In this document: piece after piece, positions 1 to 11,609 of the stretch
Position numbering within the stretch: the first letter of the stretch is position 1
How the letters are laid out: each line of letters begins with the position of its first letter
NCBI GenBank assembly: GCA_026770705.1
Contig: JANJGN010000018.1
Location: 620,001 to 684,000 of the forward strand
DNA from: Isurus oxyrinchus
Taxonomy: Eukaryota
Direction: 5' to 3'
Length of the DNA: 64,000 nt
Notes under the pieces: model-generated
Database searches by the model: none
The model's input: only the letters and a program-made list of their open reading frames with translations
Told to the model about the DNA's origin: nothing
Translations under genes and position numbers: made by a program

Positions 1-1129
1 GTTCTCTTTCAATCTCTCTGAGGCAAGGGTCAAGTTTTGTTATGCTGGTTATGTGTTAACTATTTCTGGGGATATGTCGGGGTGCATTGCCAACCCAGCT
101 TCTCCCGTCACTCCTGGCTCCACACAGGACTTCCGATTTCCCTTCCTCTCATTCCTGTGGCAGTCACATCACATTCAAGTAGAAGTGCCTAGGAGTTTGA
201 ATGAGAGATTCAGATATTTTTCGCAACAAGAATGTTAACCTGCGGACAATTGAACTCTGAAACCATGGTCACAGGGCAGGGAAATAATTTACAATCTAAA
301 CAAAAATTATGATATCTGACATTTATACTTTCTAAAGCATTCTATGAGTGAAATTGAGTGAAATTATGTTGGAATTTTCAGAAGTCAGATAATTAAAGGA
401 AAACTCAAGAAGCTGAGCCAGGAGGTTCCCGTCCATCAATAGATTCACGCTGTTTGCAATTCACTTGAGGATGTTAAAGAGGTTCATACATTTTTCCCGT
501 TATTACATTTCATCAGCAGATGCTCAGCCACAATGTGGTCTAAAAGCCAGAAATTTCCACCCTCTACAATTTTCAAAGAAACGAGGAGATAATCGTTGAA
601 GTGTGCAAAGTTTGCAATCATCATCTGAAAGGCTGTAAAGAAGTGACATGTTGTTGTTCTGTGCTTCCGATAATCTATTTAATGTCAAATTTCCAGAAGG
701 CAACTTTTCTTTCGGGTATGCCTCTTTGTTTGTGGAATAGTCTTTGTTAGGTTCTGCATATCTGGTTTTGTAATCAGTAAATTTGTATCCCTTCATTTGA
801 CATGTAGTCTGAGAATAAAATCTGCATTGTGACCGCTTTAAGCATTAGGGAACTGGAGAGGTAATTCACTCCTCCTCAGTGATGCATGTTACGGCAGTCA
901 GTATAGAACTTAGAAAATTGATAAATTAACCCACATCACACCCCCGTTCATACTAGAACTTTCAGCTCAGGTCTCTCCAAGTCACGCTCATCTGCCCATC
1001 ACATTTGTATTCTCCCATCGCCCATGTGTTCTCCAGTTATCCCTTTGCACTGTACTCACTTTTGGGAACGCACACTAAATCTGACATGACCCTCAACCAT
1101 GCCTAACCTCCCTTCTTGCCTTAAGATTT

Positions 1130-1790
1130 TCAAAATATTTTTTGCCTGTGCTTCCTTCTAATCTATCACAGGCCTGATCATATGTTCGTTTAGATTCATG
1201 TAAATCAATGCATCACTGACACAGTAAATCTTTTGAAGCTATCAAACACTAATGGATCAAACTGGTCACTTATTTCCACACTTGAACATGTAATTCCTCT
1301 GTATTCTATAAATGCTCTTCATCATTTTATAAAATTCAGTTAGTGCACCCCACAGCTCCTTAGTTCCAATGAGAATTACAGTAGCCTATCGAATCTCCTC
1401 ATAGGTGCAATCATGCAACATTGATGCAAACTCCTCTGCACTCTCTTCAGGGCAAACAAGTTATTCCACTAATATGGTGACCAGAAGAGATCACATAATT
1501 CCAACATATGCCCTAAACAAATTTGCAGAAGAGTTGCCTCATCACATTCCTGCTATTGCATTCAATAACTCATCGTAAATAGGAAAGCACAGCAAACGCT
1601 TTCCTCACTACCTAGTCCACCCTTCTGGGACATTCCCTCCAAGATCGCTGACTTCCTTGGACCATTTCAAAAGCCTCCCAGTTTATTCATTTGTCTGCTT
1701 GCTTTGTTTTCCCTCCAAAAATGCATTTTACAACAGGTTTCTTGTTACAATGTCATTTGTCGCTTTTCTGCCCGCTCAACCAAATTATTG
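1130..1790 (-). mobile_element. CR1-type LINE, decayed 3' (RT C-terminal) fragment
   Basis: + strand text such as ctcctctgcactctcttcagggcaa...atatggtgaccagaa matches the reverse complement of the CR1 ORF2 3' region seen in other copies in this window (e.g. 28.7 kb). Confidence 0.6.
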
Positions 1791-2991
1791 ATATCATTCT
1801 ACACACAGTCATTCCACGATTGTCCCTATCTCAGTCACCCTGCCCGCACAAATGCAGCCCTTCCACCCAACCCTCTCACCCGCCCTAGTAACACGCGCTG
1901 CCTTCTCAGTCCAGGATAGTCCCTATTCGATTCTCTAACCGCAACACCCATCCCGCCTCATTCCCCGTGCCTTCTAAGCCCAGGGTTGGTTTCCTTTTGA
2001 ACAATAAGAATTAACTTTCAAAGTTCCATTTCTTCATTCCCAGCAATCTCTCTCTGTCTTTCTCTCTCGCTCTCTCTCACTATTTCTCTCCCCCTCCGAA
2101 AGCCCCTCCAAAATTTCTGTACCTGCTGCACATTCCTAAAGGAATGTGGGTATGGGGCATTTCTCGTGAGCATGGAAATTATGCATGGTCCCCAGTCTCC
2201 AGAGAACACGGATCTTTGGCGTTCAGCATTTTCCCCAACGCTTTGCCACCCTCTCCCCGCCCTCTGTGTTGCTCTTTCTTCATGTTGTCCATTAATCTTT
2301 CCTTTCTATAGGGAAGGCTGAAGGCTTTTTGTACTCACAGTAAGATCGTGCAAACAGCAAGGTGTTCGTCTCCAGTGAAATATGTCCCAGTGATGTCCGT
2401 GGAAGTGGAAAATCTAGTCCAGAATGTCAGGCAGCAAATAAAGCAACGTTTTGAAACGTCCTAACTTTTTGAGCCCCAGGCACAGGTTCTGCACTAGAAC
2501 CTCAGGATCAAGAACAAGGGCCAATCCAACATAACAATCCCTTGCATCTAAGATCACCGCAAACCATCCCAGACAGATCTAAAACGGTCAATTGGCAAAC
2601 GCGAACGATTCCTGCCCAACACTCTAATATTCCTAGCTCTCCCCATCATCAGGACTCTTCTCCTGCTAAAGTGCTTTCTGTACACAGTGCGGTAGCTGAC
2701 TTGAATGAAAACGCTTCAGCTGAATTGTTAAAGTAATCTACCAACAGCAGCAGGATTTAATCATTTTGTCACATGCCTAGAGTGGCCCTATAGTGAGAGG
2801 AGGCGGAGCCATGCTGGCGGGCTTACGGTTTGAAAAATAACCTCAGCCACAGCCACGCAGAGAGGCCAGACCACAGCTGAACCGTACATACACACATCAG
2901 ATAAGTCAGTTGTTAGGACTACGTGAACATATCGTGCAGGGATGAATGAAACAATATGAATCAAATGCTGTGAGGGAAACAAAGTAGCACT

Positions 2992-4752
2992 ATGGAACTC
3001 GACTGGGGATCCACGGAATCCATTACGAGGTTTATAGTGGAACAACTTTCAAAGTACTCACTAAAATGCAGAAGAAGGAGTGCAACACAGTTGGAACCAC
3101 CCGGAGATAAAAAAAAAAGGTGGTAGGTAGAGCAAAAAAATATAGAACGAAAAGGTGGTTATTATCACACTGTACCTACCTGAGAAGAGTCCTGAAGATG
3201 GGGTGAGCTAGTAATATTAGAGTGTTGTTCAGACGGGTCAATATTTAAAATTTTCGATTAGAGAGAGAGAATTAAACTCACATCCAGGAGAGATCTGACC
3301 ACTCGCAGCAGCAGCCTGCAGTGACGCTGATCAAGAGGGGGAATTCTTCAAAGGAGAAACCTATGAAGGAGCTGAGGCAGTTCCACCCTCATATGATCCA
3401 ACCACATTATGTTGCTCATTGAATCTCATGGCCTCTATGGCAATAAACGTTTGGAAAAGAAAAGTCAGGAAAGGCGAATGAAAAAGTGAAGAGAATAAGG
3501 GGACCCCGGGCTGGTGAGCGGATGAGGTATTGAGAGGTTTATAAAGAATGATAAGCACGTACCATTCAGCCCGTGGGAGACGCATTTTTTTCAACAATTG
3601 CCAAGACCTAAAACTCGGCATGACAAGCCAGATTTTTGTACCAAACTGCGGGAAATGTTAATTATCTATGAAATGCCATCCCCCCCCCTCCCCCCCCCCC
3701 CCCTTGATACTCAAGTATACTTGAAGGCTAAGTGCCCAGGAGATATTAAGGAAGATTATCCCTTAAGTTTAAGAGTGGAGAGTGGGCGAAACCAGAAAAA
3801 CTCCCAGATCGTGATGAAGTGAAATAACTGCACAGGGAATTTGAGTGGGCAGTTCAGGAAGCATTGGGTGAGGGGAAGAAAACTGGGGGTGTATAGCATC
3901 CGTGTTGCAAAGCAAGGGTGCGTCCATAATGGACCATGAAGAGTGAAAGTGGCATACATATGTTCAATTTTGAAGACAACTGCATCCTCTGCTGGATGAC
4001 GAGTTCTTCATGAAAATTTTGAAGTAAGTGTTTGGATCGTAACACCAGAAGATTATTAGAAAGTGCCTCTCAGTAGGCGGGAATTATATGGATATTTGAC
4101 TGGGCAACGGATTTGAAGTTGCAGGGGACAAATGGGGCAGCCCCTGTGGCTGCGGTAAGTCTATGGCTAGAGTTTTATAAATGTTGAGGGGAGTGGTTTA
4201 CAGCCAGGGATTGGAGAAGTGGACAAAAGGGGCTGGTAGAAATTGGGTTGCGATATATTAATTGTGGCAAGAGATGGACACCTTCGGAATGATTGTTGGG
4301 CTCTGGGAACAGGGGTGGGAAGGCCAGAAAACAGGGGTCTCACACAGCCACAAGGAATTGCCGCCACTCCGGTTCAAATGCTGTTGATTATGGATGAGAC
4401 CCTGAGACTATTCCAGGGCCCGTCAAGACAAGCAGAGACAGTGCTTGCCCAAGGGATATCCAAAACCAGGGACCCATGGATGTTTGCTGACGCAATGTTA
4501 GGGGGCCAGCATTGCAGAATATTCATAGACACCGGGGCGTCCATTTCAATTACGGACCTGGACCTGCAAAGTACGAGCGTTACCATCACAGTGACAAAAG
4601 TAAGCTGGGTACACATGTGGGCGAGACAAAGTGAGATCACACCCTTAGAAGTAGGAGGACTGATCGTCCCTATACAGATTTGGGTAGGGCAAACTAATGA
4701 GAGGAGTATTATGGGGATGGATATTGTAACATATTTAGGGGCAGTTAATTAG
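2992..4752 (+). pseudogene. gag-pro: gag-protease remnant of the provirus
   Basis: Possible start MELDWGSTESITRF at 2992; AVPPSYDP late-domain-like motif; frameshifted CCHC knuckle (..NCG../GHLRNDCW); ORF 4243-4752 carries the aspartic protease motif FIDTGASIS and the C-terminal SIMGMDI motif. Confidence 0.8.
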
Positions 4753-4949
4753 CCTACAGGATGTTATGATTATTATGCGAGGTCCACTTAAGAAGAATCG
4801 TGCACTGATTCTCCAATGCAGTGTGCTCAAAGTGACAGAGTTAAACCAAGAAAAATGGAGGCAGTATGAGGAATGGGATGTCTGTGTCAGTAAATTGCAA
4901 GGGATCGGACGTGCCACAAACACGACGGCAAGGTTAAAATGATCCCACA

Positions 4950-5937
4950 GAGATTTCTGGTCCAGAACACCCGACAAGAAAACTAGCCCATTTATGCAGA
5001 GGCTCCAGATGCAGTGAGTAACTTAATGCAGAGCCAAGAGCAAGATGGGATTATGAGGAGGACTCAGTCCGCCAACAGTTCCCCTATGTGGCCCGTTTAG
5101 AAACCAGACGGGTGATAACGATTAACAATTGACTATACATCTTTAACCACGGTGACACCAAATAGTAGCAGGCCTTGCCACTATATTCAATTACCTAGAG
5201 CTGAGCCACACAGTCTTTTCGGTCCTAGATGTGGCTAAGTGATTTTGGGCGATGGTCTTGGATGAGTGGACCCAACATATTTTGATTTGATGATCGGATA
5301 CACAGTATACTTGGACACAATTGGCTCAGGGTTTCCACAATAGTCTAGGCATTTTTCATGGGGTAATGTGCGATACTCTGAATCACGCAGAACCTGACCA
5401 AGGCACCATAGTGATCCAATACGTGACTAATTTTTTGGTTGCGTCAGACACAGCCAGGGGCGCTGTTGCAGAGTCTAGAATTATTGGTAATGGCCGAATT
5501 TAAAGTCAGTGTAATGAATGCTCAGTTGGGAAAACGGAAGGAGCAGTACTTGGTTTATGTAATATCACAGGGGAAACGCGAAATTCCCCGTAGTCAGAAG
5601 GAAGCTACAGAAAGAATGCCAGGAGCCATAGATGTGCTAGGGGTTAGGCAATTTTGAGATTGTTTAATTTCTTTACGGCCTTTATTGATGTTTTTTTCCA
5701 AGTTAGCCACTCACATACAAGAATTGGTAAATGAGGGGAAAGCGTTGCAAGATTGGATAGAATGGGGTGAGTAACAAGCAACTGTTTATATGGCACTAAA
5801 ATGTGCACTTAGCCAAACCCCAGCTTTCCGGTTTTCCTGCATGTGCAAAGTCTTTCATGTCTATACACATAATGAGTGGTAATTCTACAGTGCGGTGCTG
5901 ACTCAAGAGCACCCGGATCGAATGAGACCCGTAGCAT
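4950..5937 (+). pseudogene. pol: Retroviral-type reverse transcriptase plus tether remnant
   Basis: NSSPMWPV*KPDG**RLTIDY (~5070-5140), FSVLDVAK*FW (~5215), QYTWTQLAQGFHNS (~5303), QYVTNFLVAS (degenerate YVDD, ~5417), and VLTQEHPDRMRPVA* ending at ~5937. Many stops and frameshifts. Confidence 0.85.
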
Positions 5938-5939
5938 AA

Positions 5940-7410
5940 ATTAAATGATAATGTACAGGATGAACTGGTACATGTAGCCTTGAATGTATCCAGTTTTGCC
6001 ATACTCCAGTGGAGTGCAATCCACACCCAAACACTTTATAAGGCTCTGAATATCTATTTGATGGCTGAAGCGGTAGATTTTAACGACGGGATGCGATCAG
6101 GCCCAGAGGGGGACCGAGTTAAAGGACGCTACCACGTTATTCAATACAGGGACATCAATAGTTAATTCGATCGACCTAGCAACTGTAGATCACAACGTGT
6201 GTACACTAAGCTTTAAGCTTAAGGATATTTTGAGGCGGTGACAGTGGAACCAGGATACTCAATTAAATATAGACCAGTATGTGACGCTATTAATTCAAAG
6301 CCTGGATTCTGTGCTCGAAGGTCATGCGACAAATATCAATAATTTAAGTGAAATAGGGAAAGATATTTCAAACGAAGTGAAAAGAAATATTGTATGCAGC
6401 AGATATGGATCTTGGGCACTGGACCAAGAACAAGACAGGTTAATGAAGGGGTAGTTCATTTATTTGTAACTAATGAGCATTTATTGATTCTCTCATGACA
6501 GTAGATTCATGACTTGACCCGTTGCCAGCTCAGAGGGTAAACACGCTAATATAGAATGAATGTTGAATGTGTAGTGAATAGTAATACGCTAATAGACATT
6601 GTATTAGTAATGCCATCATACGTATCTCAACCCCCAGCAGGACATTATATAGAGTATAAAATGTTGAGGTTATACTGGGGGATAACTGTGTTAAGAATCA
6701 AATTATTCCGCCATATGCAGTAGACAAAGAAAGAAACATAGTTAGCTCCACAATTGAAGCGTGTAGCATAGAGATGGCCACAGTAGCATGTGTACATCCG
6801 AATTATGAGATGGAGGAAGCAAAGTGTGGGTTGAAAACAGCCACAAACTTTACAAAGGAAACCATATGGGCTGCAAAAGAACTGAACGCTGATGAATCTA
6901 CAGGGAATTGGGGATATTGTACAACATTGTAGCAGGAAAGAATGCATTATGGGGGCAACCAAATATGACCCATCCACAATCATTCAGTGTGCCTACACCC
7001 ACAGGTGCCAGTAAGGTTGGGAAATGTGGAACTCGTTGAAATATACAAGAGACGAATGACTACTATTCTGATAAAGGAGTGCTTTAACGACAACCTGAAA
7101 CGGTATTTGAACCAGTTCACCTATAAAATTCCTAATTTACCAAGGCATCTGACAGCGATTCGGGAACAGTCTCAGCCGATAAACAGAACTTACTATATAC
7201 TGCAGCAACAGAGTAGATCCATCAAGATGGTTATTGAACATATAGATTTTTCCACATGGTGGCAGGATCAGTGGTAATGGTGCTTGAATGAACAGACACA
7301 CTCCTGGATTCGAATTTTCTCCCGTGCCCCAGTTACATTTCAGCTGATATTGATTATGAATCTGACATACTTGATTCATCGTACCCAGAAGTTTCAGAAA
7401 AGGTGAGATT
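5940..7410 (+). pseudogene. env: env-like glycoprotein remnant
   Basis: Lies between pol and the PPT. Contains an Arg-containing possible cleavage region followed by GTELKDATTLFNTGTSIVNSIDLATVDHNV (fusion-peptide/HR1-like), Cys-containing segments at 6.5-7.0 kb, an HR2-like helix ending IEHIDFSTWWQDQW (ORF 6987-7277) and a hydrophobic TM-like stretch at ~7330-7380. Confidence 0.6.
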
Positions 7411-7620
7411 GGGGAGTTCGAGTAAATGGAGTAGGAATCTGGTAAGCCAGAGTTTCGGATTAAAGGACCAGAAGATACGGATTGTTTGACCAGTACAAAT
7501 ATCCTTTACCTGCCAAAGCTGGATCGCTGGCCAGTGTCAGCTGGTGGCGGTGCATTAGGAGAGAGTGAGGTTTCGTAGTCGACACCACTGTACTTGGCTA
7601 CCTTGTGCTAGACCAAGGGC

Positions 7621-7631
7621 GAAAAGGGGGG
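7621..7631 (+). other. Polypurine tract (PPT)
   Basis: GAAAAGGGGGG lies 2 bp before the TG start of the LTR. Confidence 0.8.
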
Positions 7632-7633
7632 AC

Positions 7634-8231
7634 TGTTAGGGGGAAATAAAGGAATACAGTAATGGTCAATGGACTTGACTTAAAATATCCCAGCATGAAA
7701 AACAACGATTTCTAAGCAGTTAACATTTAAAATTCAGACTGCGACAGCAAGACTGCAGAACCTTCCACATTCACAGGGCTTGCAAGCATCAGCAAGTCCA
7801 TTTTGTAAGAAAAAGAACGTAAACATGAATAAATTGGGAGCTTAGGGATTTGGAATGAGTAATGCAGTCAGAGGATGGCATTAACTTAGAACTTTGATTA
7901 AGTGTGCTGTTTAAAACATAGGGGAAGTACAGATAGTCCCAACTTAGATATGCAGGCAGGTCTCTGCCAGAGGGAAGGTGGGGTCAGATGATGCATGTAC
8001 ATTTGTACCAGAGACTTGTTTGTTTAATGTAAACCTATATGGTTACGAGATCAAAATCTGGAAACTGTTCCCGTTAGTGACCAATAATGCATAAAAATGT
8101 TGAAAACATATATTTTAACAGAGTACTGCCTCAAGCTACATTGAAATGGTGTCCTCCTTCCATTTGCTCGAAAAACATTCGTAACCTGTACCTAAGTCTC
8201 CTGTGGTATGTTCATCAAAGATCCAATAACA
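7634..8231 (+). repeat. 3' LTR (~600 bp)
   Basis: Starts TGTTA directly after PPT+AC and ends TAACA (terminal inverted 5-mer, TG...CA rule); unrelated LINE sequence follows. Confidence 0.7.
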
Positions 8232-8279
8232 TGGAAGCTTCGACTTGAGAGCTTCCAATGTTGGGGATCCGCAGTAATC

Positions 8280-8730
8280 TCATACCTGAACAATTCCGGC
8301 TAAGCTCCAATAAGAATTCTAAGCAAAACACAAACAGGACAGGGACGAGAGGTCAGCATTGTCTGACGGCAGATTTACTTGGAAAACAATTTTATTCACC
8401 TTCCTGATTAAAATAGTTCTAACAATGTTTCTGTAGAGCACTTTAATCCAATTGTGGATTCCCTCACTAAACCCCATTATGTAGCTCACATACATCATGC
8501 AGGTGTTCAGCAATCTGTTAAAGAACTTGTCCTGGATGAGAATGATGCGGCACTTCTCCACACTCCCGTGTTCCACATAGGTAATTGTATCCCAGAAGAA
8601 AACGATACTATCAGCGAATTTCTTGCCAGGTACAGCACAGTCCTGGACAATGTGGGTCACCAAATCCAGAACAGATCTGACCCAATTGACAGTGACCTTT
8701 GAAATAATCTAATAGTTCACATTCAAATGC
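8280..8730 (-). mobile_element. L1/Tx1-clade LINE RT fragment
   Basis: ORF 8319-8663(-) reads VPGKKFADSIVFFWDTITY...IQDKFFNRL...MGFSEGIHNWIKVLY, resembling the Tx1/L1 RT segment VPGR.I.DN...D...LDQEKAFDRV..MGF...WI..LY. Confidence 0.65.
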
Positions 8731-8859
8731 AAAATGAGCAGCTAATATTAAATATTCTCTCCTTCCCCCTTCCGCTTATATATTAGGGTGATCACACATT
8801 TCCTCATGGATTCTGACATGCTGCAAAATCAGAACAACACTATGCTACACTTCCAGCCC

Positions 8860-9415
8860 TCTTAGGCGGTGCTCACTGCCTGCTCATTCAGTTCTCACCC
8901 ACCGTTTTAGTTCAAAACTGTGGAAGGCTCATCTTACATAGCTGAGTGGTGAGGTGAGTGCGACTACCCTTAATATCAAAGCCGCATTTGATCGAGTGTG
9001 GCATAAAGGAGCCTCATAATATGTGTAGAAATAGGGAACCAGTGCATAACTCTCCGCTCATTGGATCCATAACTGGCACAAAGGCAGTTGGTTTTGGTTG
9101 TTTGTGTTCAGTCTTCTCAGTTCCATGAGACGGCTGCATGAAAACATCAGTGCAGTGTTCTAGGCTCAAACAACTTCAGCTGCCTCAGCAATAACCTTCC
9201 ATCCATCATTATAATCAGAAGGGGGTAGGGGGGGGGGGGTCTTTGTTCAAGATTGCACAATGTTCAGAACTATTCACCACTCCTCAGATACTGAGGCAAT
9301 CCAGTTCCAAATGCAGAAAGACCTGGACAATAGCCAGGCTTGGGAGACATGTGGCAAGGAACGTTCATACTAACAAGTGCCAGGAAATGTCCACATACGA
9401 CAAGAGGTGATCTAA
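8860..9415 (+). mobile_element. CR1/L2-group LINE RT fragment (same family as 14.2-16.9 kb)
   Basis: cttaatatcaaagccgcatttgatcgagtgtggcataaagga translates to LNIKAAFDRVWHKG; downstream QCSVLG and W....WQ-like segments. Confidence 0.7.
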
Positions 9416-9509
9416 CCTACCTGTTGTCATTCCACTTACATTTAATAATTAAGCTGTAATGTGTGCCTGGACTCATGTGTAAGCCAGACCAGGCAAGAAG
9501 AACAGAAAG

Positions 9510-11305
9510 ACTCAAGCAAAAGTACAAATGCATTTTTATTGGCCTGGATCGCCTAGTGGTGTCGCGAAATTCTGCAGAACATGCCAAAAATGTCATTTGA
9601 TGGGAGAACCTCAGGCAGCGATTAAGCCAGCACTTTTAATACCAACTCAGATATTTAAATTATGTTTATCCAGTCATGATTGATTGTGTAGGGCACCTCA
9701 CGAAAATTAAAAGTGGTAACAAGTCCCCACTGTTAACAAGTTGCGTATACACCAGGTTTCCTGAAGAAATACCTATAGGAAAAAATGCTACAAATAGGAT
9801 TCTGGAAAAGTTAACTCATTATATTAAGGACATCTGGTTTACAGAAGGAACTACATCAGATTCACGGTCATTTTTCATGATACAGCTGTTTAAATTAGTA
9901 CAAAATAGTTTGCGGATGAAACTGTTACAAATCGCCTGATTATCGTCCTGAGTCACAAGGGGATTTGGAAATGTGACATTAAACTCTAAACCTATTATTA
10001 GAGCCCACTGTCTGGATTTTCCAGTGGATTTGGGCTGGAGGAATTCCAGTAATGTTATTTGTTTATAAGGAAAGTCCTGATACGCAGACTTTCTTGACAC
10101 CTTCTGAGGTAGTTAAAGGTCCTGACTAAAGGACCACGGGTTTACTTCATACGAAATTACTGTGACAAAATGCTAAATTAATCTCCTGAGTTAAGCATGG
10201 CACTTGAAAGGATGATTGGATCCAGCATAGGTGTAGGCTAGAAAATGTTTATTTATATCACAGAATGTTAGGGAAGTGTCGGCAGACAGGAAGGCTGAAG
10301 CTCGAATTTTGTTGCCGGTGAGAAAGTGCTTGTTCTGTTTCCAGCAACAGGGTGACACGTTGAAGGCAGCACTGACTGGGCCAAGGAGCTTTGAAAAGAA
10401 ACCATGTGATGTAAAGTCCGCCATAAGTATTCCTGAAAGAAAGAAGAAGCTGAGGTCATGTCATGTAAATATGCTTAAAAAGCACGCTGGCCATGAAGAG
10501 GACCACGCAATGGCTTTAGTGGCAGCAGATAATGAGAACGAGTTAACAATGCAGGACAATAAAATTGATATACCTCTTAGCACATGGCGTAATGAATTGA
10601 TAAATCAACATTTAAATGCAATATTGAGTTCCCTTGCAGGGATTTGTGAAAGTAATTTCAAAAAAACATTGCTGTTGCTCAAAGCTCTTTGTGGAAATAC
10701 TCTGGAGAGTGCTGATTGAGCTCAACTTCACCTTCCTGTCGGAGTTTGATCTTCGATAAGGCAACTGCCTTATAGCTTAAATACGGCAAAGTTATCACAC
10801 GGATAGAAATAAATTCACTTTATGATTCAAAATGATTGCATTGAGACTAGTTGCTGTAGCTGGAAATCACCTAGTTTTCTGGTAATTAAACCGAATGGAA
10901 CACAAAGCCTATGTGTGCACTTCCAAAGCTTGATGCAGCACCAAAGGCGGATGCATAGATTGACCACGTTAGGAAAATTGTATTGAGAAAGTGGGGCAAT
11001 CGAAATTCATGACGAAAATTGATTTGCTAAATAAATATTGACAAATACTGTTATTAGAATGAGCAAATCAGAAATTGGCTTTTGTGACGCCAGCTGGTCT
11101 ATATCACTTTAAAGTCATGCTCTTTGTTATGAAAAATACAATTGCAATATTTCAAAGACTGATATGAAGTAACTGCACGTCGATGCAATTGGGTTCTTTA
11201 TGTTGATGATTTGAGAGCTTTCAACCTGACATGGGAGGAGCATTTGAAGCATTTGAAAATTGTTTTTTGGTTCATGAAAAGATCCTAATTTGGTGATGAA
11301 TCCGC
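9510..11305 (+). mobile_element. Gmr1-type Gypsy pol fragment (integrase upstream of RT)
   Basis: HFYWPG..VAKFCRTCQKC (IN zinc finger, ~9530), MIDCVGHL.K.KSGN...TRFPEEIP (IN core, 9676), then RT motifs W.SP..LV.KPNG, KFMTKIDLL, AFVTPAGLYHFKVM and YVDDL (10.75-11.2 kb). Confidence 0.85.
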
Positions 11306-11609
11306 AGTTTTTTGTTTTTTGTTTTTTTGAGGGTATCTCATGATTGTGTGAACATTTACCGAGGGTGGCCTGAATGTTTGCATGTATTTAATGAGGGTTT
11401 ATAGAGTGTGCATCAGTATTTGCACTGGGTGGGCCACGAGTTTGCATTTATTTGCAGTGTATGGTCCTAAAGTGTGTTTGTATTGCAAATAGGTAGCCAA
11501 GAGGTTTTCACAATTTTCGAATGCTGACACGCGAGTTTGTTAGTTTTACAGGTAGTGTGCTCTGACTGTGACAGCCTGAGGGTTTTTCGGTGTTTTCAGA
11601 AAGTGCATA

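Larger units (their letters stand above)
2740..8231 (+). mobile_element. Decayed endogenous retrovirus-like provirus (gag-pro-RT-[RH/IN deleted]-env-like-PPT-3'LTR); 5' LTR not found
   Basis: Ordered motifs: PPSY (~3383), zinc knuckle GHLRNDC (~4275), protease IDTGAS (~4525), RT motifs SPMWPV*KPDG**RLTIDY, SVLDVAK, YTWTQLAQGFHNS and QYVTNFLVAS, then an env-like region, polypurine tract and LTR. Confidence 0.85.

Noticed and set aside
4243-4752. 169-aa ORF as an intact host aspartic protease gene
   Set aside because: It is the open remnant of the proviral gag-pro junction, with a frameshifted zinc knuckle and a non-ATG start.
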